Assembly (NCBI GenBank): GCA_951406725.2
Contig: OX597817.1
Coordinates: 30,256,001-30,320,000, forward strand
DNA from: Octopus vulgaris
Taxonomy: Eukaryota
DNA length: 64,000 nucleotides
Reading direction: 5' to 3'
In this document: one piece after another, positions 50,314-64,000 of the stretch
Numbering within the stretch: the first letter of the stretch is position 1
Layout of the letters: every line of letters begins with the position of its first letter
Notes under the pieces: generated by a model
The model's database searches: none
Told to the model about the DNA's origin: nothing
What the model saw: only the letters and a program-made list of their open reading frames with translations
Made by a program: the position numbers and the translations under genes

Positions 50314-51889
50314 TATGTTTATTACTACCTCCATATCAGCTCAATTTGGATTTTCCTTATAGCCACTCATGACACTGCAGACGTTGCCCTGGATGAAGAA
50401 TTCGAAGTTTAGTTCAAATCTTTTTGAACATTGCTATATGTTTTCTATACTGAGTACATCCATCTACCAAATCCATTTGCAGGCTTTTAATCTTCCTGAC
50501 ACTATAATAGAAGGCTTTTGTCAAAGGTCTTATGCAGTGGAACTGAGCTCTAAAGATGAACTTCTTAACCACACAGCCATGTCTGGTCACAGGCCAACAT
50601 CTCCAAGCTTAAATACAGCAAGTTAATGAAATATATTTTAAATAGTTCTCTTAGCATCTTAGAGTCATTTAAAATATTCCTCTATGCTACTCTACACTGC
50701 ACATTTTGCAGCTAGGTGGAATAGATAATTGAAAATTAATTGCCTTTGCCAGAAGAAAGGAAAACATTGCAGGCCAAGCAATGCGACATGAACTTCTGAT
50801 TTTTCAGTTTATAATCTATTACACTGAACTTGTGTGTATGCGTGTATGTGTGTATGTGTGTGTGATCAGTTAACTTTCTCTCTCTCTTTCTCTCATTTTT
50901 TCTCTATTTTTGTCCTTCTATATTTGTGTTTGTTTATGTGTAAGCTTATATATTTTTTTTAATTTCCTATTTTCTTTAGAAAAGACTACTTACAAATATT
51001 TAAATATACTTCCTTCTTTTAGCTCATCTTGAATGTCTATACAACTCATCAGTTGAAAACATCAGTGCCAATTTACTAAAGGCATTTAAGTATTTTTAAT
51101 GAAATACATCAAAAAACAAACCATAAAAGTTGAAATAAAAGTAGAAAGAAAAAAGAAAGTGAAAAAATATGTCGATATTCTTAAAGACATTCTTGAAATA
51201 AAGTATTTTTAAAAAATCGATCAAAATAAGAATTATAGTCTTTTAATAAAAGTCACTACCTTAATAAAAGCATAATCTAGGTTCAGAAGGAGCAAATTCA
51301 TTATATTAATACAAAAATTAATTCAGAAAAATATATGTAGGATTCTGAAATGCTACCCTAAAAAAAAAGGTGGGGGGCAGAAACAGAATCCTAAAATAAT
51401 AATTTCTTACACAGATGAAGGGCTAAAAACTTGTTTTCTGAAGAGAGTGAGTAAATCAACCCCATATTTAAGTGGTACTTTACTTTATTGATACAGGAAA
51501 TATAAATAAAAATTGACCATGGAAGAAATTTCAAATCAGAATGTGAAAGGCTATAATTCGATAGTGGAAAAAAATTTGTTGGCTGCAAATAAAACTTGTT
51601 GTATTGCTTAGTACAATGTCTTAATGGTTGTCTACAAATAAATAATTTCATGGATGCAGACTTTCTTACTTAATACCATTTTACAATCTAAATATTTAAT
51701 TTGAATGGAAGTGCTTTAAGAAGGCTAAATATAACACTGGCCACAAAAGCAGGGCAACTGAGTTTTATCCTGTTAGAGTTTTCCTAAGATTGTGAGAATC
51801 TATAAGACACATTGTTAGATTTTGTAAAGCTACCAACCTTCCTATTTTATTATAAATATATACACGGTCGGAAAAGAATCTGGACAACT

Positions 51890-53557
51890 TATCATCATCA
51901 TCATCACCATTATCATCATTTAACGTCCATTGCCCACGCTGGAATGGGTTGAATGGTTTGACTGGGCTGCACTAGACTCCAGTCTGATTTACCATGGTTG
52001 CCCTTCCTAACGCCAACCACTCCAAGAGTGTAATGGGTGCTTTTTTCACAGGTGCTATTTGTGTGACACTGGGGTGTGTTTATGTGGCACTGACATGGGT
52101 GCCAATTTGCATGACTATGATTTTGCTTAGCTTGATCGGTCTTCTTCTCAAGTATAACATTATGCCAAAGGTCTTGGTCATTGTCTCTATGAGGCCCAAC
52201 ACTCGAAAGAAACTCAGCCACCTTACTTCTGTGAGGCCCAACGTTCGAAAAGAACTCAGTTACTTTGCCTCCGTGAGGCCCAATGCTCAAAAGGAACTCA
52301 GCCACTTTGCCTCTATAAGGTCCAACACTTGAAAGGAACTCACCCACTTTGCCTCTGTGAAGCCCAATGCTTGAAAGGAACTCAGCCACTTTGCCTCTGT
52401 AAAGCCCAACATTCAAAAGGTGTTCCTTATGTGCCACCAGCATGGGTGCACTTGGCTAGATAGGTTCTCTCAAGCACAGCACATTGCCAAAGGTCTCAGT
52501 CACCAGTCATTGCCTCTGTGAGGCTCAAAGTTCGAAGATCATGCTTAACCACCTCATCCCATGTCTTCCTGGGTCTACGTCCACCACAGGTTCCCTCCAC
52601 AGTTAGAGATCGACACTTCTTTACACAGCTGTCCTCATCCATACACATTACATGACCATACCAGCACAGTCATCTCTCTTGCACACCACATCTAATTCTT
52701 TTTATGCCTAACTTTACTCTCAAGATGCTTACACTTTGTCGAACATGCACACTGACGTTCTGACTGCACTGACACACTGACTGCACATCCAGTGAAGCAT
52801 ACTGGCATGATTTCTTTCAGGCCTGCACATGTCCTCAGCTGTCATAGCCCATGTTTCACTGCCATGCAGCATAGCTGTTTGCACAAAGGCATCAAACAAT
52901 CTGCCTTTCACTCTGAGGGAGAGGCCCTTTGTTGCTTGCAGGAGTAAAAGCTTTCTGAATTTTGCCCAGCCTAATCTTATTCTCACAGCTACGCTATCAG
53001 AGCATTCATCTCCACTACTGACTTAGTCACCTTGATAATGGAAGCTATCTACTTTCTCTAGCTTGCACCCCTGGAAGTTGATGGAGTCTGTTTTCTGCAC
53101 ATTTTCAGCATTTATTTTACCTGTGCATTTTCCATATACAAAAGCTAGTTTCCCTGTTAACCTTCCTTTGATATTGCTGTACCTTTTAAGTGTCCAAAAC
53201 TTAAACTGGGTGCATCTTATGGAGTTTCTACTGTACCTTTTTTACTGATCGAACAGGGCCATCTACCTGAAGGGATTTATGATTTGTCTGCCTTCCTACT
53301 TACTAAGATTTTGGTTTTTGCTAGGTTAACTCTAAGGCCCTTTGATTCTAGACCTTGCTACCATACCCAAAACTTCTCTAGTTCAGATAGTGATTCAGCT
53401 ATAAAAGCAAGGTCATCATCATAGAGGAGCTCCCAGAGGCAGCCTGTCTTGAATCCTTCTGTTATTGCCAGAAGGACTATGATAAACAAGAGGGAGCTGA
53501 GCACCAATCCTTGGTGAACCCCCACTTGTACCTTGAATTCTTCACTGTACTTGTTGC

Positions 53558-53558
<1 letters not shown>
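51890..53558 (-). mobile_element. 5'-truncated RTE LINE: RT core to 3' tail, pseudogenised
   Basis: GVHQGLVLSSLLFIIV..ELLYDDDL (YADD motif), RIRLGWAKFRKL..AMLHGSETW, RPRKTWDEVVKHDLRTL; (GAT)n tail; 5' end abuts (TA)n. Confidence 0.92.
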
Positions 53559-53599
<41 letters not shown>

Positions 53600-53957
53600 T
53601 ACAATAAAAATTCTATATCTTGGACATAGAGTTACCAAAGGTTTCACACCCACAAAGCTAAAGCCTTGTGGACAGCTCGTGAGACTATATGAATGCAAAA
53701 TTTTAAAATATCTACATCGTAGATATGAGGAAATGCTTAGAACTTGAGGAATATGATAAAATGTTAATGAGTATGAGTTATTTCCCCTTAAACAGAGGGA
53801 TAAAAAGCAAACAAAAATGGTGTAATGATCAAACAGGGAGATCCTATTTTATAGTAAGTAGCTCTTAAAGTGGAGACATTTAGAAAATACTTCTTTACAG
53901 CTGTTTAATGCACCAGGCTTAAAATCTTTAAGAATTTTTGACGTATTTTCTCAAACA

Positions 53958-54140
53958 CAGCAAACTGCTCAGAGTTTCAGCCACCTGTCATTCCCTTTGT
54001 GAGGCCCAATGTCTGAAGATTCTTTCTCACCCATGTCCTCCTGGATCTACCCCTTCCACATGTTCCCATCACAACTTGAGACCAGCAGTTCTTGATGCAA
54101 CTATTTTCATCCATATGTATTACATGACTGTGCCAGTGCA
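53958..54140 (-). mobile_element. RTE LINE ORF2 C-terminal fragment
   Basis: GTCGRGRSRRTWVRKNLQTLGLTKGMT. Confidence 0.75.
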
Positions 54141-55605
54141 GGGTATTTTGGATACACAAGACCTGTTTATGCTGTAGACTTCTTATTAGAATAAGAAACA
54201 AAATGATGTCAGAACAGAAGGAGATTATTTGGTTGCTTGAACACCAGCAGAAGAAATATAAGACACTTTTATAATGAATAAGAAAAAAAATGGACGGACA
54301 CAACATTTTAGTGAATTTATAAAGAAGAGAATATTGGTAAAATGTTGGTCAAGATGTCAATTGACTTTGTACACCTATGCCATTGATGGAAACAGATGAA
54401 TTACTTGAGATTACAGTGGCATAGCATGAGCTAAGCATGTGTATTGGCTGTCCCCCTTCCTCAAATATAACATAACATATTTACCCCCACCATACCAAAG
54501 TGGCTACTCTATGCTGTTCACATACCCCTCACATCAAGTGCTATACAATGACAAAATTCCTTCTAGCTTATGTTTTGTCAGTTTGAAATCTTAATATTAG
54601 GTAACCAAACATCTTTATTTCTCATCCCTCAGCATTAAAATACATGCCGTTTCTCCATTGAACTCATTCAGCTTTTCTTAAGAATTATGAAATAATGTTA
54701 GAATTCTGTTCATTGTATAATGTACTAAAATTATCTAATTTCAAAAATTATTGAAAGGATTTTTGGTGATGCAGAAAACAAATCATCTCCTTGAATTGCA
54801 ATGTTAAAATAAAATAAAAAGATCTGCCTACAGGAAATAAATCACTATAACTAGTTTGTCATTGCTTTATTTACTTTTTTTTATATAACTCACATTTAGG
54901 TAGAGGCGAGATTGCTGATGCAGACAAGAGACTTATAATTGTGACATTGATAAAAATATGACAAAGGGATATACAGAGTTATACTAAATAACTGATTCTC
55001 TCTTTTGATACCATTTTGCACGAGATAAACTTTGATTCTCTAATGCAGAAGAACTTGATTTAAAGTGATCAAATATAAATGAAAATTAAATCTTCTTCAT
55101 TATTTTACATTTTGTTAAGCCTCACCTACTTCATGGACTGGAGTTTTGTCATGTTGGACAGGTTTCCATGATTCTGTGATCTCAAGTGCTGTGTTAGGGA
55201 GGGAGTACCGCAAATCTTAGTGCTAGAAATTATTACAGACCTTTAAAAACCAACAGCTTTCAAAAGATAATGAATGTACATGAAAAAAGATTTCAATAAA
55301 TTCGGACAATGCATGGACATTCTACTGAAATCAGCCTACACTACACAGAATGTGACATATAAGTACACTGGGATGGAACTCTCTCATTTACTTAATGTTA
55401 AACTAATTTTGTAAAAAGATTGATGAGGGTTCCGCAGTATGACCACAGGCCACCACTAAGAAACCAGAAAAAAGAATATACAGGATATGTTCATTTGCAT
55501 AGCATGTTTGCTACATACATCCATAGTACATGCTGCATATGGAGCTAATGTTAAAGAAAGCAAAATGGTATGTTGTTATTTGGTAAAAGAAAAAGTATCT
55601 ATTCG

Positions 55606-55839
55606 TAAGGCGGCGAGCTGGCGGAAGCGTTAGCGCACCGGGTGAAATGCTTTGCGGTATTTTGTCAGCTGTTACGTTCTGAGTTCAAATTCTGCCGAGG
55701 TTGACTTTGCCTTTCATCCTTTTGGGGTCGATTAAATAAGTACCACTTACACATTGGGGTCGATATAATCAACTTAATCCATTTGTCTGCCCTTTCTTGT
55801 CCTCTCTGTGTTTAGCCCCTTGTGGGCAGTAAAGAAATA
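55606..55839 (+). mobile_element. SINE family N, full length, tail A
   Basis: Head TAAGGCGGCGAGCTGGCGGAAGCG..GAGTTCAAATTC; flanking imperfect direct repeat GGTAAAAGAAAAA..ATCTATT. Confidence 0.9.
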
Positions 55840-56295
55840 GGTAAAAGAAAAATAATCTATTTGTTGATATTAATTTCAATAAATATCTTCTTTCACTGGA
55901 TACTAGTGTAGTAGATGGAATAAGACACCTACTGATTCAAAATTTCATTCTTACACAGTAATGTAATGTTTCTGAAATCACTGTCTATGAGGTGGCTAAA
56001 ATATGATCTTTATCATTTGAACATCAATAAGATTGCTTTTGTGAGGATAGATTATAATCAACCAAATAACCTTGTCCTCTAAACATGAAAAGATCAGCTG
56101 TTAAAAAAAAAAAGACTTGAACAAGGTCATTTATGACTAAGTGATGACACAGAAGATTTACAATTTGGGAAGAGTTAAGCCAAAGATGTCAAAGCACAGA
56201 GAATCTCAGATAAATTTTTCAGAGAAAACCATTCGATTGGAAGATAGTAAGAATGCTTCAAAGTCTTATTTCAAAGTACCATATATACTGATATT

Positions 56296-56776
56296 CTTTT
56301 CTACTCTAGGCACAAGACCCGAAATTTTGTGGGAGGGGGCCATTCTATTAGATCGACCCCAGTGTGCAACTAGTACTTAATTTATAGACCCTGAAAGGAT
56401 CAAAGGCAAAGTCGACCTTGGCAGAATTTGAACTCAGAATGTTAAGACAGACAAAATACCTATTTCTTTACTACCCAGAAGGGGCTAAACACAAAGGGGA
56501 CAAACAAGGACAGAAAAACGGATTAAGTCGATTACATCGACCCTAGTGTGTAACTGGTACTTAATTTATCAACCCCGAAAGGATGAAAGGCAAAGTTGAC
56601 CTCGGCGGAATTTGAACTCAGAATGTAACGGCAGACCAAATATAGCTATGCATTTCGCCCAGCGTGCTAACGTTTCTGCCAGCCCTCCGCTGGCAAAATA
56701 CCACTAAAATACCACAGACAAAATACCACTAAGCAATTCACCTGGCATGCTAATGTTTCTGCCAGCTAGCTGCCTT
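56296..56776 (-). mobile_element. Nested family-N SINEs (tail-A copy inside a tail-B copy)
   Basis: Two cores; 18-bp TSD ACCATATATACTGATATT at 56278-56295 and 56777-56794. Confidence 0.88.
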
Positions 56777-56989
56777 ACCATATATACTGATATTATCTTC
56801 ATATCATGTTCAGAAAGCTAAATGGTGAAGACCATAATTTTAATGTTTAAACTTGCAATTAGCTGCTGAAAGAGAGGAAGCAATAAAGTACAATTAACAA
56901 AATATATAATTAAATATCTGCAGAAGTCTCAGTTTCCTTCGTAAAAGGTTTCCTTAGTAAAATTGACTTGAACAGATAACTTAAAATGC

Positions 56990-57640
56990 ACCATCCATCC
57001 TTCCATTCAACCATCTATCCATTCATCTCTGCATGCTATTCCTGAGAAGTTTGTGGATGTAGAATCCTAAGGCACCGCCTCTATAGGGTCCTATTAAAAG
57101 AAATCACCATTACTTTCTGGCTGGATTCACAAGCATGGATTTAGACTACAGATATTATCCAACCATCTTATTCTTGATCTATCCCTAGGTCTCCAGCTTG
57201 TTGGCTTAACTTGAAGAATCTGTCTTACGATTCTGTCCATCAATATTTCAATGATGCATCTATAGTATTGGAACTTTGACCTCTCAAAGTGGAGAAGTAG
57301 CAACTTGACCTGGCGAGTCTCCATGATCTTCGAGTTATGCACCCTGTGAAGTAACATTACTTCAGTGATTCTTCAAAGGAACCCCGGATCGGCTGCTTGT
57401 ATTCACAATCGTACCCTTTCAGTCATTATCCAATATTCATAACCAGAAGTAAGGACAGGCATGAAAACTGAATTGAAGACAATGAGTTTGACCTTTTCAC
57501 AAGCCATTTCTCTCCTAAGGATCATACATTGCTGCTGACACATTATTGCGCCAAACCCTGCAATTTTAGCATTCAGTTCAGCCTCCTGCTTGCACATCAT
57601 ATGGGAATATGGCCTTGAGATACTTAAACGTCTTCAGCTG
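56990..57640 (-). mobile_element. Decayed RTE-like LINE ORF2 C-terminus with (GATG)n-like tail
   Basis: KLIVFNSVFMPVLTSGYEYWIMTERVRL..RIVRQILQVKPTSWRPRDRSRIRWLDNI. Confidence 0.75.
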
Positions 57641-58136
57641 CCTCATCATTAGAATTTTGAATTCAATGTTAGCATTAAATGTCATGGATTAACAGCGTAT
57701 GTGCAGTAGCAAACAATAACATCATAGAATGTCAATTTGACTAAAAGACCTTTTTATTTTTACCAATATATGAAACCACAATTATCATACTTCCAATGTG
57801 ACCTCTGTGTTATAGAAGTTCATAATCAAGAAAAATCACTATTTTATATTTATCCTCAAAAGATGAAGACATTCCATAGAGTATTACACATAATTTGGTG
57901 GGTCTTCAGAAAACAAGGCATAAACTGAATGATAGTGAGACTGTCAGATGCCTTACATGAAGCATCTACTAGTAAAGTTATTGTTGGCAACAAATTCAAT
58001 AATGAAATATTTACAGGCATTTTTTTCTCCAAGAATTTTGATTGACTCTTTTCTGTTACTTATAGTTCTACAAGTTATTAGGTAAGAGTTGAACACTGCA
58101 TGTCCTGGGAAACTTTTATATATTGATAACCTGGTT

Positions 58137-58550
58137 CATCATCATCAACATCATCATCATCATTTAACGTCCACTTTCCATGCTAGCATGGGTTGGACAA
58201 TTTGACTGAGGGCTGGCGAACCAGATGGCTGCACCAGGCTCCAATCTTGATCTAGCAGAGTTTCTACAGCTGGATGCCCTTCCTAATGCCAACCACTCTG
58301 AGAGTGTAGTGGGTGCTTTTACATGCCACCAGCACTGGGGCCAGTCAGGAGGTACTGGCAACGACCTCGTTTGAATCTTTTTACACATGCCACCGGCACA
58401 GGTGCCAGTAAGGCGACGCAGGTAATGATCACGCTCAAATGGTGCCTTTTACATGCCACCGGCATGGAAGCCAGTTAGCCACTCTGGCAACGATCATGCT
58501 CGGATGGTACACTTAGCACCCTACTAGCACGGGGCTCAAGTGCCAGAAAA
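58137..58550 (-). mobile_element. RTE LINE 3' UTR fragment
   Basis: Near-colinear with 3662-3958 and with the reverse complement of 576-1030. Confidence 0.82.
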
Positions 58551-58939
58551 TCTGCTGGTAAGTTTTAGGGAAAGTTCTAAAGCCTAAGTTATGGGCATGA
58601 AAATATTGTTGCCTTAGTAATGTTCAGTCATGAAGTACTTTCTATGACAAGCTTCTTATTTGTAATATATGTCATCTTTACATTATTGGGTTAGGCATAA
58701 GATATATACAAATAGATCATCTGTATACATTAACACTTACATGTTATATATACACACTTATATGTACGAGTATGTGTCTGATAACTAGACACACAAGAAT
58801 CTCATATCACATATCTAAACTCATCTAATTGAGGCATTCATTCACTGAGAATGCTTTACAACCAATTAAAAATTATGCATATATATGTGTACATATGTAT
58901 ATATATATGTATATATATGTATATATATGTATGTATATG

Positions 58940-58978
<39 letters not shown>

Positions 58979-59139
58979 GCACACATCAATTCGTATATAT
59001 CTGTGCATACGCATATGTATATATATTTCATACATATATATGTATGTATACATTCAAATGTACATATATATACGCATGTACATATTTGGCACAACTAGGC
59101 AAATAATGTCAGTGTACTTGGTGACTTCTCAAAAGTCTA

Positions 59140-59298
59140 TAAGAATTTTCAATCATGAATTTCCTTGCATGAAATCATGCTGGCTGACCAGGATGAGGTG
59201 GTAATTCTTCAGCTGTTCATTTGTGAATCCTGTTATAATTGATTCAAAAACTTTCCATATAACTGAAGTCATGCTGACAGGATGATAGTTTTCTGCAG
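59140..59298 (-). mobile_element. CR1/L2-type RT N-terminal remnant
   Basis: [33 protein letters not shown] resembles NYRPVSLTS..QHGF. Confidence 0.7.
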
Positions 59299-59533
59299 AA
59301 TGAATTTCTTATTGCTATCAACTCTTGTTGTTTGTGATTTTGTTTATTATTTTCATCTATTTTTCTATTTTTCTAGCATTATTTTTATTAACTATATATT
59401 TATTTTTGTTTTAAAGAGAGAAGTGATGTTTGCATAGAAGTGAAAACTCTATTTTTAAAACAGTCCTTCACTTATTTTCTTGTATTTACTGAAGGTTTAT
59501 ATATATATATACATACAAATATACATACAAATA

Positions 59534-59598
<65 letters not shown>

Positions 59599-59683
59599 TA
59601 GATACATAGATAGATACATATATATGTATATACATATACATATACACACACACATACATGGACACACATATATTGATGCACAC

Positions 59684-59716
<33 letters not shown>

Positions 59717-60062
59717 CACTCACTGTTTCCGTATATTTGCGTACAATCACATACTCATGAATACATTTTCATCTACTCATTCTTTTTACTATAGGTCTCA
59801 AATCATCTTCATCACTTTCTTACTCAATATTCTCAGGCAGTTTTACTCTCTCTCTCTCTCTCTTTCTCTCTCTTTCTTTCTCCCTCATTCTATACAAGTT
59901 CACTGTGCCCTAACCTTATGTTTTGTTCCTCTGTATGTTTATCTCCCAGATTTTATTATTTCTGTTTTGTGATTTACAACCATGCAGGAGACCCGAATGT
60001 GAAGTAACTATTCTATGAGAATATGACAATGGCTCTGTGAAAACATGACTTTTTCTTCATGT

Positions 60063-60104
<42 letters not shown>

Positions 60105-60186
60105 ATTGAATGACAACGAATGCAGGTATGCATATGTATATGTGGCTTCATTTATATTTGCCAATGCATCTCTTCCTTCTTCCCTC

Positions 60187-60221
<35 letters not shown>

Positions 60222-60452
60222 ACCCTCCCCTTCTCTCCACCCCACCTCTCTCTCTCTCTCTCTATCTCTCTTTCTCTTTCTATTGTTGCCCTCTATGCAT
60301 ATAACTAAATATGCAATTATATATGGGTGTGTTTATGTGTATTGCAAAAATTTCTTGGTTATTTGGCCAATCAGATATAATTAAGTTTTCCTCAATTTCA
60401 TTTGGGGAGATGAAGTAAATTGATATCAACATACACAAGTACAAGCATAGCG

Positions 60453-60702
<250 letters not shown>

Positions 60703-61134
60703 CAATGTCTCTGTATTTGTATGTCTGTGTGTGTATGTTGTGTCTTTTCATTTTTGGCTTCTATTTACTTTTTCTTTCTCATCACCATCTTCCACCACAG
60801 CTTCCTCTTCCTTATGTGTGTGTGTGTATGTACGTGTGTGTATGTACGTGTGTGTGTGTGCACGTGTGTATGTGTGTGTTTATGAAGAGGTAGGTCAGTG
60901 TTCATACAAATGACATGTGTTTGGGTGTATGTGGGTGTATGTGTATGTATGTGTGTCTTAGGTGCATGTGCATGTATGTGTATGTATGCATGTATCTGTG
61001 TGTGTGTGTGTGTTTATGCATGTGCCTGAAATTATGCATGTATCTGTGAATGTATGTATGCAAGTATGTGAATACATAGTATAAGATGTAAAGAGCTCCT
61101 AGACTACAGGTGATAGAGAGCAGAGATGAGGATG

Positions 61135-61280
61135 CAGAGGAGGAAGAAGAAAAGAGGACGTGGTGGAATATGGAGGAGGAGGAGGGGGTAGAAGAAGAAG
61201 AAGAAGGAGGAGAAGAAGAAGAAGAAGAAGAAGAAGAAGAAGAAGAAGAAGAAGAAGAAGAAGAAGAGGAGGAGGAGGGT
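61135..61280. repeat. (GAA)n/(GAG)n purine tract
   Basis: Direct inspection. Confidence 0.9.
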
Positions 61281-62731
61281 GTAGATAAGTAGGAAAATAG
61301 ATATGTAAAAGATTCATAGAGAAGATGATAGTTAGAAAGGAAGGTGTGAGAGATTTAGTAATATTTGTATGAAGGTGATAGAGGAGTCAGGTGGATGGAG
61401 GCACACGTGGTGTGTATGTAGGAGTGTGTGAGATATTTACTGAAGAGAGTTTAAAATTCATTAGACATTATCGAAAACCATTTTGACAGTTTGGGGTGAG
61501 GAAAGAAAAATAAGGCAGTGAATGACTATTTTGTCACGCAAATGAAAACCTAGTATTAATTTGTCTGACAATATGTGTTTGGGCAAACCTATCTATTTAC
61601 AAATAGGTAAACAATAGAAAAAAATCTTTAAATGAGAATACCAGTATGTTTAAAATCAACTATAATATATGAATAACATTATAAATTTCCAGTAAAAAAA
61701 AAAATGAGATTGTGACAACAAAACAACTGCAGCACTCCTTCCTCCTCACTAACAACAAAATTATCGTTAGTACCAACTAGTAACATTAGATATATTATCA
61801 ATAATATTGGTACTGATTTTTAGTATTGATGCATAGACACAAAGAGCTTATGAAGGTTGTTGTCAGAATGAATGCCTTTAATCAACTTCAGTACAGATTT
61901 GGTACCTCTTTTTCTATTCCCCAATGGGATAAGATATATAGCTAATGTCAATAAGAAAGTCAGATGTTCTATCACACATGCTATTCCATTCTTTTTGGTT
62001 CATATATCACTCTATTCTATAAACTAATTCAGGAAATAAATGTCTCTCTATCCAGTAATCTAGATATCTAATTATTGATTTGTCTTCTACATAAAAGCTC
62101 TATATGGTATTTTGTCAAATCAAATATAACAAGATATTTTTTTTACCTAAACCGTATACAAATCATACAACTCATTTAATAAAAAAACAAACCCAATGTA
62201 GTAATAGCTGTACAAAGAGTTTCAACAGTGTAATAATGAGCAAATTTGAAAAGCTAATATGAACAATATCCTAGTAATCTAGGAGATATGAGACCTGTTA
62301 CTTTGAAAAAAATTATGCAAAGTGCAGTTAATATTTGAAGCAAGTATCTCAGAAAAAATTAAATTTTGTGTACAAAGACAGCATTAAAAGTCATTTCCCT
62401 TAGCAAATGTCAATCTTCAGGACTTAAGAAACAAGAAAGCCTTATCTAGATGTGTAAGTAATGAAAATACCAATGTGTTGACTATTTCTATATTAAATTG
62501 TCACCCATCAAATTTAGTATGGGGCAAGCAATACATATAATGCACTGCAGAGAAATGATATATACTAAACAAAATGACTCTTTAAACAAAGCATGGACAC
62601 ATCATCCAAGTGTCAAGGTAAAATACATACATACATACATACATGGCTAAACTGGCAACATGACCATCCCCAAATACAACAATACATGTAAATACATGAG
62701 TGTTTATCCTCTGAATATTTTATATATATAT

Positions 62732-62855
62732 AATTAGCTACACTTCCCTTGTGATGTAGACGTGCTTGAGACAGTGTGTAGTTTAAACTTTGGTTGGTTC
62801 CACTTCTTCACATTCAGCAGATTAATCAAAGTGTCTCTTCTTGTTTCTATTTCCT

Positions 62856-62907
<52 letters not shown>

Positions 62908-63033
62908 CTAGGAAATAGAAACAAGAAGAGACACTTTGATTAATCTGCTGAATGTGAAGAAGTGGAACCAACCAAAGTTTAAACTACACACTGTCTCAAG
63001 CACGTCTACATCACAAGGGAAGTGTAGCTAATT
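62732..63033. repeat. Perfect inverted repeat (126-bp arms) around a (TA)n spacer
   Basis: 62732-62857 is the reverse complement of 62908-63033, with no mismatch seen. Confidence 0.92.
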
Positions 63034-63118
63034 TTAATGAGAGAAAAAGATCATATGTTCTCAACTTAATGCACTGAATATAGCTTGATGCATTCATCTG
63101 CATAAATATATATATGCA

Positions 63119-63160
<42 letters not shown>

Positions 63161-63844
63161 CTCACAACACACACACACATATAAGTGCTCAAATGATCTG
63201 AACTTACACTCCAAAGTCTTTATCAAAGACTAGGTTCACAGGGTAAAGAGTGTCTATAAGAGAAATCTGGATGAGCAGATTTGGGTGGAGGCAGTCATGC
63301 AGATAAACATGCTTTTGGCTTGATATATAAAATATAGATACATATACACATGTAATTATACATAAGGATATATACATGTATTCACATGATGAACACTCAT
63401 TTATGTACATATAGATATTTATATATTTACAAAATAGATAATAGTTATTTGGTGATCTTTCCACCCTAATGAAGGAGGTTGGTGTTACAATAATGTTTAT
63501 ATGCATCTTCTACAGGTTGCACATGCTTGAATTTTTGTACAGTCCATCTGCCAATTATGAACAGAAACAGCTGTTGGATTTAAAACACCACCTGTTCTCC
63601 CCTTAGTTTTCTATATGGTTTGTACTCTGTGTAAATTTATATATTTTGTAAGTATATAAATATCTATATGTAAATACACTTATATATTCGCTTTGCAAGA
63701 TTCTTGATGTGAAGTCGTGTCTTGAAACAGATATTGTTGTATTTGGGGATGGTCATGTTGTCAGTTTAGCCAATAAAAACACATGCACTATATATTTGGT
63801 GTTAATTTGCTGCAGCTTTATTTTTTACATTAATCGTTTTTCAG

Positions 63845-63884
63845 CCAGAGTTCTTTCATCACACTTCTGTGACCTCATCAGTGG
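63845..63884 (-). ncRNA. Minimal type I hammerhead motif (CUC site) in a short element at about 63690-63970
   Basis: Minus strand CCA-CTGATGA-G-GTCAC agaagt GTGAT-GAAAG-AA-CTC-TGG. Confidence 0.6.
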
Positions 63885-64000
63885 TCCTTTGCTTCCTTCT
63901 TTCTTATTTGTGGGTCTTCCTTACTAATGATCAGCCATTTTGTATTTTGTATTCTTATTGCATGAGTCTTATTTGTGCATGCATATACCCTTATGTGTGT

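Noticed and set aside
51916-52443. 175-aa ORF with 13-aa repeats as a repeat protein
   Set aside because: It is a 39-bp minisatellite in a LINE 3' UTR.
62388-62425. Minus-strand AGTC-CTGAAGA..GAAAT-GACT as a hammerhead
   Set aside because: No stem III or NUH site and a poor stem II; probably chance.

Overview
AT-rich, microsatellite-saturated eukaryotic DNA with no intact host gene that I can support. The mix of SINEs, RTE LINEs and C2H2 remnants suggests an octopus-like (cephalopod) genome; this is an inference. Almost all listed ORFs are microsatellite or repeat artefacts. The window is a mosaic of tRNA-derived SINEs (at least three lineages), truncated RTE and CR1-type LINEs, Tc1/mariner, piggyBac-type and Helentron-type DNA elements, a decayed C2H2 zinc-finger array and a decayed Penelope-like GIY-YIG endonuclease. 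The main hidden signal is about 16 hammerhead ribozyme (HHR) motifs in about 9 short non-autonomous element families. Most abut (TA)n tracts, and several lie as inverted pairs. They include a young 360-bp tandem retrozyme-like repeat (42625-43376), an apparently non-circularly permuted hammerhead with compensatory changes between two copies (9123-9184 and 18244-18304), and a tRNA-headed SINE ending in a hammerhead (13481-14886). All RNA structures were paired by eye; none was folded computationally or tested. Repeat boundaries are approximate unless a target-site duplication (TSD) or terminal inverted repeat (TIR) is quoted.
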